DNA from: Chiloscyllium plagiosum
Lineage: Eukaryota
Reading direction: 5' to 3'
Assembly: GCF_004010195.1 (NCBI RefSeq)
Contig: NC_057717.1
Coordinates: forward strand, 105,065,904 to 105,129,903
Length of the DNA: 64,000 nt
The notes under the pieces are model-generated. The model was not told the DNA's origin. It made no database searches and was given only the letters and a program-made list of their open reading frames with translations. The position numbers were made by a program, and so were the translations under genes. Shown here one piece after another: positions 36,751 to 50,400 of the stretch (its first letter is position 1; every line of letters begins with the position of its first letter).

Positions 36751-37675
36751 CACTCTCATTGTTAATAACAGAAATTCCTCACAGAGTTTGACTAACCTTT
36801 TCCATTTTTAATCTATTGAGATTATCCAATACAGAACAGATCAAATATCAAACTTCAAACTTCTAGATCATGCTCAGAACAACATAGCAAACTGCCCTTA
36901 TCTCCAAAGTCACTGTTGAGCATATCTGGACATAAATTGCTTTATCAGTATAAAAACTGGAGTACACACAAAATAGATTAAAACTATTAAAACTCAAAAG
37001 GTTGGCAAGGCAGCCGATGTGTGGAACCGCAGGAGATGAGGGAGATACTAAACGAGTATCTTGCTTCAGCGTTTACTGTGGAGAAGGACATGGAAGATAT
37101 AGAATGTGGGGAAATATATGGTGACATCTTGAAAAATGTCAATATTACAGAGGTGGTGGTGCAGGATGACTTAAAATACAAAAGGAAATTGTACATATAC
37201 AATTGGAAAGGCAACATGTTCAGAGATATCGGGATAGAAATGGGACCAACAGTCCTTTTCAGGAGCCAGCACAGGCACAATGACTGACTGGTTTCTTGAG
37301 CTTTAACATTCTATAGACACAAAATTCAACTGCATAGTGCCAGTGTTTTTCAGTGCTACAGGTGCTGTGTTGAGTTTAGCTTTAGTCCAGGCCATGCATA
37401 TACACTTCTGTACAGGCAGTGTTGGACACAATCTTGGGGATGGTATTACTGGAGGTACAAGGAGCTTTTAAAATAAGTCTGAACAGTAGGCAGATCATGA
37501 TGTTAATCAACATGTAATGTTGATTTGATGGCAGGTTGGCAATTTGGGAACATAATGCTACAGCTAATGCCTTCTCCTCACCAATTACAGCTATCAGCAG
37601 TACGAATCACCAGCATTAATTAAAGGGATAATCAACTAATGTAAGGTGAGTTGCTGATTGATTTTTACTGACTAT

Positions 37676-38245
37676 AATGCTGAGTCAATGTCTGTGCAAA
37701 GGAGGTCTAGAAAGAGTTGCAGTGGTTTTTGTTGAGATTCATCCCAAGCAGCTCTGTGACCAGGACTCTGCGCTCTATGAGCTGGACCCCGGGTCACACG
37801 GCGAGATAAAGATCGACTGTGCTTGGAGGACCATCAACTCAGTGAAAGATACTTTTTGGTCTGCCCGAAACTTGTTGATCTTCCAGTGTCAACAGCTGAC
37901 ATCGACCGAGTTTTACGGACTGGTACATTCCAAAGTCCAGGACAATATGCTAAGGTATGTAATGAAGCCTGGGGCAGGCACAGTGGAGAAAGACTACCAT
38001 GTAAGGTCTTTCTACCAAAGCATAATGAGACTTTGTTCCATTATAAGACCCTCTCATTGCCTCAATGTACATAAATTCTGTTCAGTATGAATAAGAAATG
38101 CCTTTGGTTTTTGCAACTGCAGGGAACGTAAAATTCCAATGTTTTTCTTGATAAGCAAAGATTGTACAGAACTGCTTTAGTACCTGCGAATGTAGATAAT
38201 GATTCTTTCTATAATAAAATATATATTTGCAATTTAAAAAATTAA
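37676..38245 (+). mobile_element. Tx1/L1-clade non-LTR retrotransposon 3' end (different family from the 27-kb array)
   Basis: CAWRTINSVKDTFWSARNLLIFQ...VHSKVQD C-terminal motif; AT-rich UTR with AATAAA and A-rich end. Confidence 0.7.
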
Positions 38246-41200
38246 AGTTTCTAAAGTCTACAGTGCAGGTGTGACACATGCTAAAGGTCTTAAATAGAAT
38301 TTATGATCCATAAATGTGATATTTGTCACAAACAGTCCATGCTGGCATTCATAATCTATCTGAGCTTCCTCATGCCTTTCCTCAGCTCAACCCATCAGCA
38401 TAACCTTTTGTTATTTGTACCTCATTTAGTTTCCCTTTAAATTCAGCTATGCGATTTGTTTAGCCATTCTGTAATAACAGAGTGCTACATTCTCATCACT
38501 CTTTAGTTAAAAGCACCACTGAATTTCCTTTGGATTTAATGGTAACAAAATGCCATCAATACAAGATAGACATGTTCCTCCTCACAAGTGGAAACATTCG
38601 CTGGAAAGCCACTCCATCAAAACATTTGGTATTTTTTAATTTCTATTAGGTCATCCCTCAGCCTTCTTATTCAACAAAAAATTTAATCTGTTCACACTTT
38701 CTTAATATACATACAAATGCATTTCTAATACTGTCTTTATAAATCCTTTTCTGCACCCTCTGTAGCACTGCTATACTCTTTTCTTAATGCGGCAACAAAT
38801 TCAAAATTCTATCCATCTAAAGTGGCACAGACATACCATCCCCCTTCATTAATCACACTCCAACTTGAAATGAATTAAGTGCTCAGCTCTTTCTGTTAGA
38901 GAAACCTTCTGGAGTCTTGATGACTATATGCAGTCTATTATGTCCTGAATGTTGGAAAAGTCAGCAATTGTAGAAACTTCCACAGAGCACTCACTTCAAA
39001 TGCTGGTGACTATGGGAAAGACAACTGTCCTATCTACAAGGCATGAAGAGAGATCATATTTATTTCTTAATCTGTATTCCCTTGTTTAATTTTTAAAATT
39101 GACTCTTGCTGAATTTAATGGTTGATATTGAATGTAGCATGGGCTAGTTGGGTGCTTCTAGAAACATCCAGTAGTCACCTAAACAAAAGCTGACTCATAG
39201 TCGGTCAGGAATTTCCAGTCTCCCATTTGTCTGAACATTGTCTACACTTCTCATTTGCAGTAAAGTCCATACAATGTGTCTATGCCAGCCAATTCTGAAA
39301 GAAGGAAATCACTGAAACTCATTTTAGCTGAAGGTCTCACAGTTGTCTCATATGACACACTGGTTTTGACAAAAAACATAAAAATCACCTCAATAAGTTG
39401 AATTGACCCATCCAAGAACCTTGCCAGGTGACTGAATCTTCAGGTTTTTGAATAAACTTCAAGAGCACAGCTCTGAACTATGTTGGCAGAATGCTATTTA
39501 TTTCCCGTTTGCTTAGAAAGTGAATTAATCTCCAGTTTATAAGAATCAAAACAGTATATCTTCAACTGCATCTGAGCTCCTACAAAATGGAATTCTGCAA
39601 GAGCCTTCACTGGACATTGAATTACGGAACTCTGATTCGAATGCATTAATACCGGTGTGTTTTGTTTTAAGCTATTTGAATTCAAACTTCTTTTCTTTCT
39701 TCTTCCATGAGTGTGTGTGCACGCGCGTCTGTCTGTCTGATTGATGGAAGTGGAAGCCAGGTGAAAAGGTAAGGAGCATGTGGCCACACCAATACCCCAT
39801 CCACCCCTTCCCACAAAAACCCTCTGCTCGAAGTGTCTCAGAGCCTGCAAAACCTGCATCAGTTTGTACAGCCACCTACAGTCTCACACTGAGAGTGGAA
39901 GAGTGTCATCCTTATCTGCGGGGGACCGCCAATGATGATGATCTTATGGAAATGTATCCCCTGAATGAATGCTTGATTAAACCATTCTTTTTTTTGTGAA
40001 CTCTAAGCATGGCTTATTGTGAGTATTTAAAAAAAATTAGATTTCACAGAACGTTTGAGGCAAATGCACCATGTCTCTACTAAAAGGGAAACAAAATAAA
40101 ATAATTTAAAACTATATCTGTCATGGTGAAAAGGAAAAGAATTTAAATTTGCCTCCGTGACATTGATCTTGTCTGTGACATGATACACTAGTTAGCCCTG
40201 GCTATTGATGGCCTGCCTTATACTGTAATTTGCCTAAAGTCAAGAAAACCTGAATGGTAGCTCCTGTAATAAACTAGCAGAAGCCTGATAATAGACACTG
40301 GAAAAATAAGACCACCAAGTGAGTGGCCCTGCGGCAGAAGGCTGAATAACAGGACAGTTGCATCGGCATTGTCACTGGAGTACCAATCTAGATGCCTGCA
40401 CTAATGATTAACAAGGACCTATCCTTGACCCCTTATTTCTCTGGCTAAACCTTTCTGTCACTCTTCCTCTCTCTCCTCCTTTAAGATGCTCTGTTAAGCT
40501 ATCTCACTACCAAGTCTTTACTCACTTGTTCAAATTACCTAATTTCTTTTTGTGGTATAAATTCTGTTTGATAATGCCCTATGAATTGGACCTTTTAACA
40601 CCTTAAGGTTCAAATCAAATGGCAAGCTGTTGAGGCTGTAGATCTTGAGACATGAGTTCAAATCTCAGAATTGCAGCTCAGTTAATTAAATAATTTTAGA
40701 ATAAAAAGCTAGTAATTACAATGGTTCTGAAACTGTTGGATGGACATACACACCTCTCTTGTTCACAAAATATTCCAGTGGGAAGGAGTTCTGTGTCCTT
40801 ATCCACTTTAGCCAAGTGTGACTTTAAACCCATTCCCATAGAAAGTTTGTTGACTCTACTGCTCTAGCCAGCCAACTATTCATTTTCTTCACAAGAGAAA
40901 CCGTAATCCACATCAACTGCAAAGGTTCAAGAAGAAAACTCAGCACTATCTCTTCAAGGGGTATAAATGACACTCATATCCGATGAATGAATTTTTAAAA
41001 CCTTTCACTATAAGAATTTATCCAACAGAATGGAAAATTGCCCAGGTATGACCTATCCGCAAAATGTAGGACAAATTCAATCCACCCAATTAGTGTCCCA
41101 TCATGTATGCTCAATTGTCAGTAAGTGATAAAAGGTGGTATCAACAAGCGCCTACTCCCAAATAACATGTTACTGATGTTGTTTGGCATCTGCCAGGATA

Positions 41201-41635
41201 ATTCAGATCCAGACCTCATTCCAGCTTTGCTCTAAACATTTAGAAAGACCTGAATGGTGAAGTAATGAATACCTTGACATCAAAACAGCATTTGACCAAA
41301 TGTGACATCAAAACCTGGAATTTCATAGAGTTGGAAGGACTCTGGACCAATTTGAAAATGGTGAGTAGAACTGAGATCCCTGTCCCCATTCCCGGCACCC
41401 CCAGATGCAAATAGTAAACCTGCATTCTGCACTTCCACACTGGCCAACTGTATTGCACCTCTCCTATAATTATCATCAAGCCAGACCAGCTTCTCCATGA
41501 CTCGTGCTTCACAGATGTCAGGGGAGTCTTGAATGATCATCTGTATTCAGGAAACATTTGAAAGGTAAACTCAAATGTTCTTAGCCACTTCCATGCCAAC
41601 TGAATACCAATTCATTCTCCCAACCATTTTAATAG

Positions 41636-41842
41636 GAGAATGTGAGGACTGCAGATGCTGGAGATCAGAGTCGAGAGTATGGTGCTGGAAAAGCACAGCA
41701 GGTCAGGCAGCATCTGAGGAGCAAGAGATGCCTGATGAAGGGCCTATGCCTGAAACATTGATTATCCTGCTCTTCGGATGCTGCATGACCTGCTGTGCTT
41801 TTCCAGCACCACACTCTTGACTCCCAACCAATTTAGTCGCCT
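41636..41842. mobile_element. Fold-back Penelope-derived insertion with hammerhead core
   Basis: 19-bp TSD CTCCCA(A/C)CCATTTTAATAG (41617-41635, 41843-41861); inverted arms; CTGATGA AGGGC CTAT GCCT GAAACATT at 41732. Confidence 0.85.
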
Positions 41843-44800
41843 CTCCCACCCATTTTAATAGCCTCTTATAGCCCCATGAATGGCTCCAACTCACCATGGT
41901 TCCCAATAGCATTCGTAATCCCTTCCAGCTCCAATCCTCACATGCCCTCCCATGCTAGCTCATGGTCCTTTCATGCCTATTTAATCAGTAGACACTATAC
42001 ATGGAACCAATTAACCCTATAGTAACAATGGTATATTTGAAACTGCTTCAACAAAAAAAAAATGCCCATTCATTATTCTTTGGAAACAAATACAAGTCTC
42101 CCTACAACTTTATAAAAGTGTCAATGAAACATACCATTAAAGTATCAGTAATAGCAGTTTAAGCATTTCCCACCACTTAAATGTGCACAAATAAACATTG
42201 GAATATTAAGATAGGTCACCAAAGAAAACATAACTTCATAAAGATTTCAGTCAAGCAAAGTCAACAGTTCTTTCAAGCTATCCAAATAGTCTCTTACTCA
42301 CATAATCCTTTTACAAGCCCTGGCACTCAGCCAATAGGTTGGCACTGAGTTAGAATGAGAGCTGCAAGATTCCACAGGGATTTGTGGGAAGGGTGTGAGT
42401 TGGCATGAGGAGTGGGGGGATAATGAAGTGTGAGAGGTGAGGGCTGAGAAATCTAAAACATAACCAAAAAACTTGAATTAAATCACAGAACTGAGACACA
42501 CTAAAAACCAGTCCACTTCAGCCCTCAGCGACTCTGTGACCACTATCAAACTATTTCTGAGATTAACATGGACCTTACTCTATAATCTGCTTCCCCTACC
42601 CCAGAAGGAAAAAAACAGCCATTTGGAAGCCTTTCTATTGAGGCTGGTGTGACAAGCCTAGAAATGTCCTTGCTGGAGCTACCTACTACCGGTGGCAAAA
42701 ATCTGCTTCAAGTAGCCCTTTCAAATTAATGGCACTGTGAATTAGTGGGGAAAAGTCTCCTTTGGCTGGAGTCTTGGCTGGCATAAAATATTAGCTGTAG
42801 TTGGTGGAGGCCAATCACTTTAATTGACATCGCAACCAAATTCCTCAGGTTAGTTTCCAAATCCCAAACATCTGCTGCTTTATCAAGGCATTTCATCAAG
42901 TTGTTGCTGTTTCCTGTGCCAATGTTGTTACTTGGTAGTCCATCTGATTTCACCTATTTTTAATTTTTATTTAGGATAATGCCACACTGATCAGACAAAT
43001 CTCAAGTTTGATTCCTAGTTTATGCTGGGAAGTTAACCTCATCCATAATGCATTTAAGCTTGGTTTGAGTACTTCATGTGGCAATTATTTATGGGTGAGC
43101 CTACCCAAATGAGAGTTTGGTATTAACATCAAAAGGCAAAGTACATTTAACAGTGATTTGGGTAAACCAGACTTTGTAGCAAAAATCACTGACTAGTGAT
43201 TAGGTACAGGAATATATTCTGAATTTTCCACTCCTTAAGTAGGAACGTTCATAGTATGTGGGCATCCCTAGCAAGACAAGCATTTATTGCCCATCCCTAA
43301 TTATATTGGCAAAGATGATGATAAATTGTCTTCTTGAAACGTTACAGTCCTTGAGTGTAGTACAGCAAGCATCGTTCGGCAGTAAAGGCCACTGGTTTGG
43401 AAGGTGCTGTCTAAAGAGCCTGGATGAGTTGCTACAATGTATCATTTATGTGATATTCAACTGCTGCCACTGTGATGGTGGTGAAGGAATTGAATGTTGA
43501 AGGCGTTACACAGGATACTAATCAAGCAGGCTGTTGTGGCCTGGACGATGTTGAGCTAGGGAATTATTGGAACTGCAACCTGGCAAGTGTTAAGTATTCC
43601 ATCACATGCACGACTTTTCCTTGTAAATGGTTGACGGGATTTGGGAAGTTACTCCCTGTAGAACTGCTGGCTTTTAAATACAAACCAATGTGTAATAGCC
43701 TAAATACAGATGGCAACTCAGGCAGAGACTTCGTTTGGCTATTTCATTCAGCTGTCTATTGCCTTAACCTGTTAAAGCATCATATTCATACTTCAAAGCA
43801 GGGGATTTCCTGTTCTTTTTGGGACAGCAAGTCACAGAGCTGGTTGGATGGCATTTATTCACTATCAAGGAAGCCCCAAAACTTTGCCAATCAAAGGAAA
43901 TACAGTAAAAATTGTTAAGAATCAAAGTGTGGAGACTCCAGACACAAAAATAATTTACACATCTACTTTTGTGGCTGTTCATTTTAACGATGCTTGAAAT
44001 CACGTTGCAGCAAGATCAGATCTTGCAATTTGAAGAGTCCCCAGCTGGACCTGACTTGCCTAAGTCAAGCACCGCAGATATAGTGTCTGTATCTTGGTGA
44101 TCGTAGCTCTCAATGACCTGCTTTTACTTTAATATAATGCACTGGAAGCATCACTTACTGATGAACGCACTCTGCTGCGGACTTTTACTGCTCATTGATT
44201 GGTGCTAGGCAAGAAATGACTGAATCAGCGTGTTGCATGAGAAGATTTCTATCTTAGGCATCCACTTAGGCATTGTTTGCATTTAGCTAATTACAGGGTG
44301 AAGGTTCAAGTAACTGGATGTTAGCTTCATGGATTGATATCAACCACTTCATAACACTCAAGAAACCAGCAACACATCTCGAAACCTATCTGAAAAATCT
44401 GCACATTAACTTTTTCTGAATGATATAACTCAAGTCTTCCACAATGTTTTAGTTGGTAAGAGTTGAACACAGAGATCCAGAACTGTTGTCAGAGAAACGG
44501 TCCCTCAAAATGTGCAGTTGCAGGCTTCGCTTGACAGATTGGGTACTTAAGTCACTAATGCTGTTAACATTTTGTATTTACCCACTCTAAAGAAATTTGC
44601 AATGAGAGGTGCTTGTGAAGTTCCACCTATGGTTAAAAAACAGTGAACTGAATGAAATATTTTTTTGCGTTTCTCATAATCATGCCAATATGAAGGGTAA
44701 CTTTTTTTTAAAACTCCTCACAATACCACTTAAAGTATACCTCAGGCAATAAAGACACGAATGTTATACTACACAAATGGGCTAGCAAGGATATTTGATA

Positions 44801-47425
44801 CATTTGCTTGGAATTGCTCTCATTCCACAATTATTGTTGTGAGGTATGCCCTAATGTTTTTTGCTACACTTCCAGCAACATTATAGAATGAGAAAATATG
44901 AAGCCAAAGAATAATAATTTCTGAAGAGCAGGTGTGTAAAACTTGATGATATGTTCCTTTAAGGAAGGTGTAATTACTCTGCTCTCCTAGATGACCAATA
45001 GCTTGGTTGGTATTCAGGTCCTCAAGTCAATTAGAGGTCTGGCAGTATCTCTTTTATGTTAATGCTTTTCTCAAAAGCAAAACAAAAAGAACATTCATAA
45101 CACATGAAGAATAACAGACATTGTTTTCTTTATTTGAATTCTTTCATCAGATAAGGGAATAAGTGGCAAAAATGAACATTTTATTGTTCACCATTAACTA
45201 CTGTTTAAAAGGTGGTGGTGGACCACCTTTCTTGAACCACTGCATGTGGCATAGGTACATCCACAATGCTACCAGGAATATCCAGGATTTTGATCCAGTA
45301 ACAGTAAAAGAACAGCAATATAGTTCTCAAGACAGGATAGTATGTGACTTGGAGACCTTGGAGGTGGTGGTATTCCCATGCACCTGCTGCTTGTTTGTCC
45401 TTCTAGGTAGCAGGAGCTGCAGGTTTTGAAGGTGTTGGCAAAAGGAAGCTTAGTGAATTGCAACAAGTTCACAACTGATCCCAGACCAAAATTCATAGAA
45501 ATTTCACTACAGGAGTGTTTGCTCTATTTCATAGCCATCTTCCATTTATTATTTTTTTCTGTTCCTTCTCATTATAGTATTGCTTCACAAAATTTAGAAT
45601 CCTATCATTTTCACATCAGTCGAGTTGACAATGATGTGGATTCCTCTCACATCTTAAAAAAAAAGATGTTGCCTCCAGGCTTCATTTATTCTGAATCTAG
45701 TATATGAGTAGAGATTGGACAAAATGGATGATCGTAGTCAGGGGATCACTAAGAAATTAAATTGCAGCTGAGTTCTTATTATCTACTGATTAATTGCAAT
45801 CTGTGCATGAAACAAATCTTCATTTTAGCAATCTCATAATCTATTTCCTAAAAAAAATCTGCTGTTTTGTTGGTTTGGGTCCAAGGCAATTAGAGACTTT
45901 TACCTGATGAAATGCCTTGAATTTTGTTCAGAAGCAAAAAGATTCAGCAAACAGGTGCATGATTAGAGACAAAAACGTTCTGATCCTGGAATAGGTCACT
46001 AACAGCATTATTTTCAATGGTGCAGATATTAAAACTTAAATTAATAAATCCCATAATTGGCCAATGTTTAGCATGCAGGAAAATATGAAAAACTGGAGAA
46101 GGCAAGCAACCCAAGTTGCAACATTAGGCATTAATTGGAACAATGGCTAAAAAGGAGAACAAAATGGTCTGACAAATGTTGTTGTATGCCTTTAAGAATG
46201 CTCGTACTGTGTGTATGTGACATTCCCAGTAGTTAGTCTGTAGGCAGCGCAGACACAAGTTTATTTACTGTACTATCTGCTTCATTAATTATAAAGTGTT
46301 TTATTATTTCAAGTAAACTAACCCACGGAGTTGGTCAATCACTGACAAATAATTTGATCAATACACGATTATCATTACCATGATAAATACCTTCAGTTCT
46401 CAATCACCTTTTTAGGGTTTACTTGAGAGAGGCAGTAGCAGGGTTACTTTAGATAATCCAAGGCCTTATGGAATAATACATACTGAACTAACTTTCAATC
46501 ATTCCTATTCTTTTTTGTTGTCTTGGGTCTAGAAAACACAGCCCAAGGATTGCTGAAGGAGAGTTTGACATTCCAAAATTGAATCAAGTAGCAAGTTTTG
46601 CAGTTATCAGATTTCCCACCCTCAGGTTTTATAATGGAAAAGGATGACAACACAGTGATATAACACATGTCCAGTGGCAGTGCACTGCAATGCAGAGTAA
46701 TGTACAACCAGGCTGCTCAACTGTAGTGAGTTATCAATCTTAACCATGTCTTCATTAAAAGTATACTGTGAGGATCAAGTACATACTTACAGGAAGAGAA
46801 GTAAAAAATCTGAAGGAGATGTTGATATTTATGGATCAACCAAGTTAGCCAGAAACCTCATTCCAATAAATAAACCATTAGTGTCCATTTGGTTTAGCTT
46901 AAAATGGTAGCATTCTTCCTTAAGTTGTATGTCAAGACACACTCAAGGGTTTAAGCATGCAACCTTTACAGACATTCAAACGTAATACAAGCAAAATTGT
47001 GAAATTGCTACGGATTCAGATAGATGCTAAAGATCCCACTCCATAACTGAAAAATGTAAACATAGATCACATTTTCTGGCCAACGTTTTGCCTCAAATCA
47101 ACACAAGAAGCAAACAGATTAACTGCTTCTTCAAAATCATTGTTTTTGGGACAGTGCTGCATGCATTATTGCTGGTGTGTTTGCCCATAAAACATTACTT
47201 ACTTTTGAGTACAATGATTTATGTAATCGTGGAAAGAACTGATAAGGTGTTATGTAAACATAGACCCATTTTATCTTTACCTTGCTTTATATAAAAATGG
47301 GTTACCTTTACTGTGAATGACCTAGATGCATTGCTATATTTATGCTGAATCCACAATAATACACAATACATTTGTCAAGATCATGATCTGATCTTTGGAG
47401 GTGTGTATTTTTTTGTAAAACAGTC

Positions 47426-50400
47426 TGAAATAACTCCACAAAGACTAATAACCTGTCACCAAGTCCCCCCTTTATATAAGCGTGCGTAGTACATGATACT
47501 GACCCAGCTAGCTCAGAGACGTCTCCTAGATATATCTGCCAGAACTCTCTGAGGCTGTTAACCTGGTCCAATCAGGGAACTCTTATTTTATGAAGTCCTG
47601 CAGCTTCTCCTGTGGTGTCTGTCCACTAGATCCAGTTTGTCCGACTCTGCCTCGCATATTGGCGGCGTGTACCAGACCATGGCCCGGCTTTTGTGCTTAG
47701 AGAATCTCAGAAGAAATTTATCTTCTTCCTCCTGCGGCAATGGCGTCAAGGTTACAAGATCTGCTGTGTCCACCTTGTCCTCAGGAGGTTTCTTCTACAC
47801 TAGGCAGATGGGGAGAACCCATGGGTTCTGACAGCCTTGCCTGCGGGCCAGGTACATTTTACTCCTCCTCAGTTTGCAAAGTTGCAGCATTCATGTGGTC
47901 CACGTGCTTCTTTGGATTCACCTTTCCTACCCGAACTTAGTACATCACAGGACCTGACCTCATGTTAATCATGCCTCTTACCCATGCAGGGCCATTTCCA
48001 TGGTTTCAACACCAAACTTCAACCACTGAAGTAAACGGCTTCTCTCGCTTAGGAGTCTTGTGTCCAGTGATGCCCTTGATGCCATTTCACTCTCTCCTCT
48101 AGGCCTGGGAATATCAGGTTTAACCTGGGTGGAGTCTTCTCCCCATTAACAACTATTTTGGAGCTGCCCTCAAGTTGAGTCAGAGGTGGCCCTACAATCA
48201 AACAGGAACTGGTATCAGGTTTGGTATCAAATGAAGCTGGAAGCTGTTTCTTTAAGCCTGCCTTCAAAGTTTGGACTGCTCTTTCTACCAGACAATGGAC
48301 AGTATGGATCTGTCATTACATGCCAAATACCATTTGGCTTGAGGAAACACTTGAATTCTCTGCTGACAAATGATGGGCTGTGGCCTGTGAGTCTGCATAT
48401 TGCGAAATATGCTCACAGCTTTTCTATCATCGTTTTTGTGTTTGATAAATTAATTCTCTGCATGTCCTTCCACTTTTAATGGGCATCCATAATGACTAAG
48501 AATCTGGAGTCCATAAAAGGATCAGCATACTCAATATGTGACTGAAACCAGGGCTTACCCAGCCATTCGCATGAATGTAGGGGAGCTGGTAGTGGTGATT
48601 TTTGTCCTTGTTGACACTCAGCACTGCCCCACCAATGTGGATAAGTCAGCATCCAGTCCAGGCCACCAGACATAACTTCTCGCTAATATCTTCCTTTTGG
48701 AAACCTCAAGATGACCCTAGTGGAGGTCAGTCAGTATCCAGTGGTGACCTTTGCTCGAGACAATCACTCCTGCTTCCCATACTAATATGACATCCTCTAT
48801 GGTGATCTGGTCTCGCCGGGTCCAAAAAGATTTCAATTCTAGTTGTGACGGTCCTTTTCTTTTCCTTATCACCACCAACTGTTCTAGTTGTGCCAGTCTG
48901 ATATTGTCAGCAATGACCGGATAGGTATCCCCTTAAAAGCTTAAAATCAGAATGGATTCTTCTCGTGGCAGCACCACCAATGCTGTATCTGCCAGTAGAA
49001 GGCAGCTCAAGGCATCTGCATTTGCCAACTGTCCACCCAGACGGCATTCCAACATTTAACTGTATGCACTCAGAATAAGAGCCCATCGCTGAATTCGACT
49101 AGAGGCTATGAGCGGCTCTCTCCTCAAAGTAGACCTAGCAGTGGTTTGTGGTCTATTCCTATTATAAAATTACAGCCATAAAGGTATTGGTGGAACTTTC
49201 TCACACCAAAGATGATAGCCAAACCTTCCTTCTCTATCCGGGGTGCATTTTGTTCTGCACTAGCCAAAATCTGTGAAGAATACCCAATCGGGTGTTCCTT
49301 TCCACTAAATCACCAGTGTGCCACCATTACCTTGATACTGTATGGTGAGGCACTGCACACCAGGATCACATATCACTTGGGATTGTAGTGTGCCAACACC
49401 TGAGATAACAATAGCTGCTTCTTCAGTTCAATGAAGGACACGTTTTGGCTACAAGACTATTTTCAAGACTTATCCTTTTTCAGTAGCAGATTTAAGGGTG
49501 CCTAGGTGGAGGCCAGGTTACGTAAGAATTTTCCGTGGGTACCTTTGATCACCCTCGCTTTACCTTCTAATGGGTGTAACTGGTCTTGTCAACTCTGCAG
49601 CGCAAGTAGGCCATTTGGGTGCCAGGAACACACATTTGTCCCTCCTAAGGCATGCAGTTGCCTTTGAGAAATGTTTAAGCACAATGTCCAAGTTCTCTTT
49701 ATTCGTCTTCCAGGTTATTAGCACATGGCGACCTGGGGTAGGCCTTGGAAAATGGCACAGGCTGATGATACCCCAAAAGGCAGTCTCATGTATTGGTACA
49801 AACCGTTATGGGTTTTAATTGTAGCATACTTCTGGGAATCCTCATCTAAATCACAACTGCTGGTATGCAAGGCTCATGTCCAGCTTTGTGAAGGATAGCC
49901 ATCCCATCGGTATTGCGTACAAATCCTCTAAGCGAGGAATTGGGTATTTATCAAGCTCTGAAAAGCAGTTTACCATCTCTTTGAAATTCCCACAAAAGGC
50001 AAACCAACCCTTCAAGCTGCATAGTCAGTCAGGCTGCCCATTCTGTAAACTCTACCGGTTTGATCATTTCTGTGCTTTCTAGCCTCCTGATTTCTGCCTC
50101 TAATTTTGCACATAAAGCAAATAACTCTGGGTGGGTCTTGCAGGGTCATGGAATTGCTTTTCGGTCAACATGTAAGGTGGCCTTGGCCCCTTTGATAGAT
50201 CCTAGACGTTCCTGAAAAATATCCAGGTATTTAATTAGGATTTCACTCAGGGAGGCATTTTGAATCGAAAAATGTTAAGCTAATCAAGTTGAGTCTTTTT
50301 CAACCAATTTCACCCTATCAAGCTTGGGTCCGAGCCTTTTACTACAATCAGTGGTAACTGAACCAGCTGCTTCTCATAAGAGACCAGAACCGAAGTAGTA

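Noticed and set aside
44064..44085. TCAAGCACCGCAGATA as a REST/RE1 site
   Set aside because: Neither half-site matches TCAGCACCnnGGACAG adequately.
44787..44794. ATATCCTT on the minus strand as an alternative U12 donor (also near 53657 and 62246)
   Set aside because: No exon-1-like coding sequence precedes it, two hits lie in CR1 repeats, and a few such 8-mers are expected by chance in AT-rich DNA.
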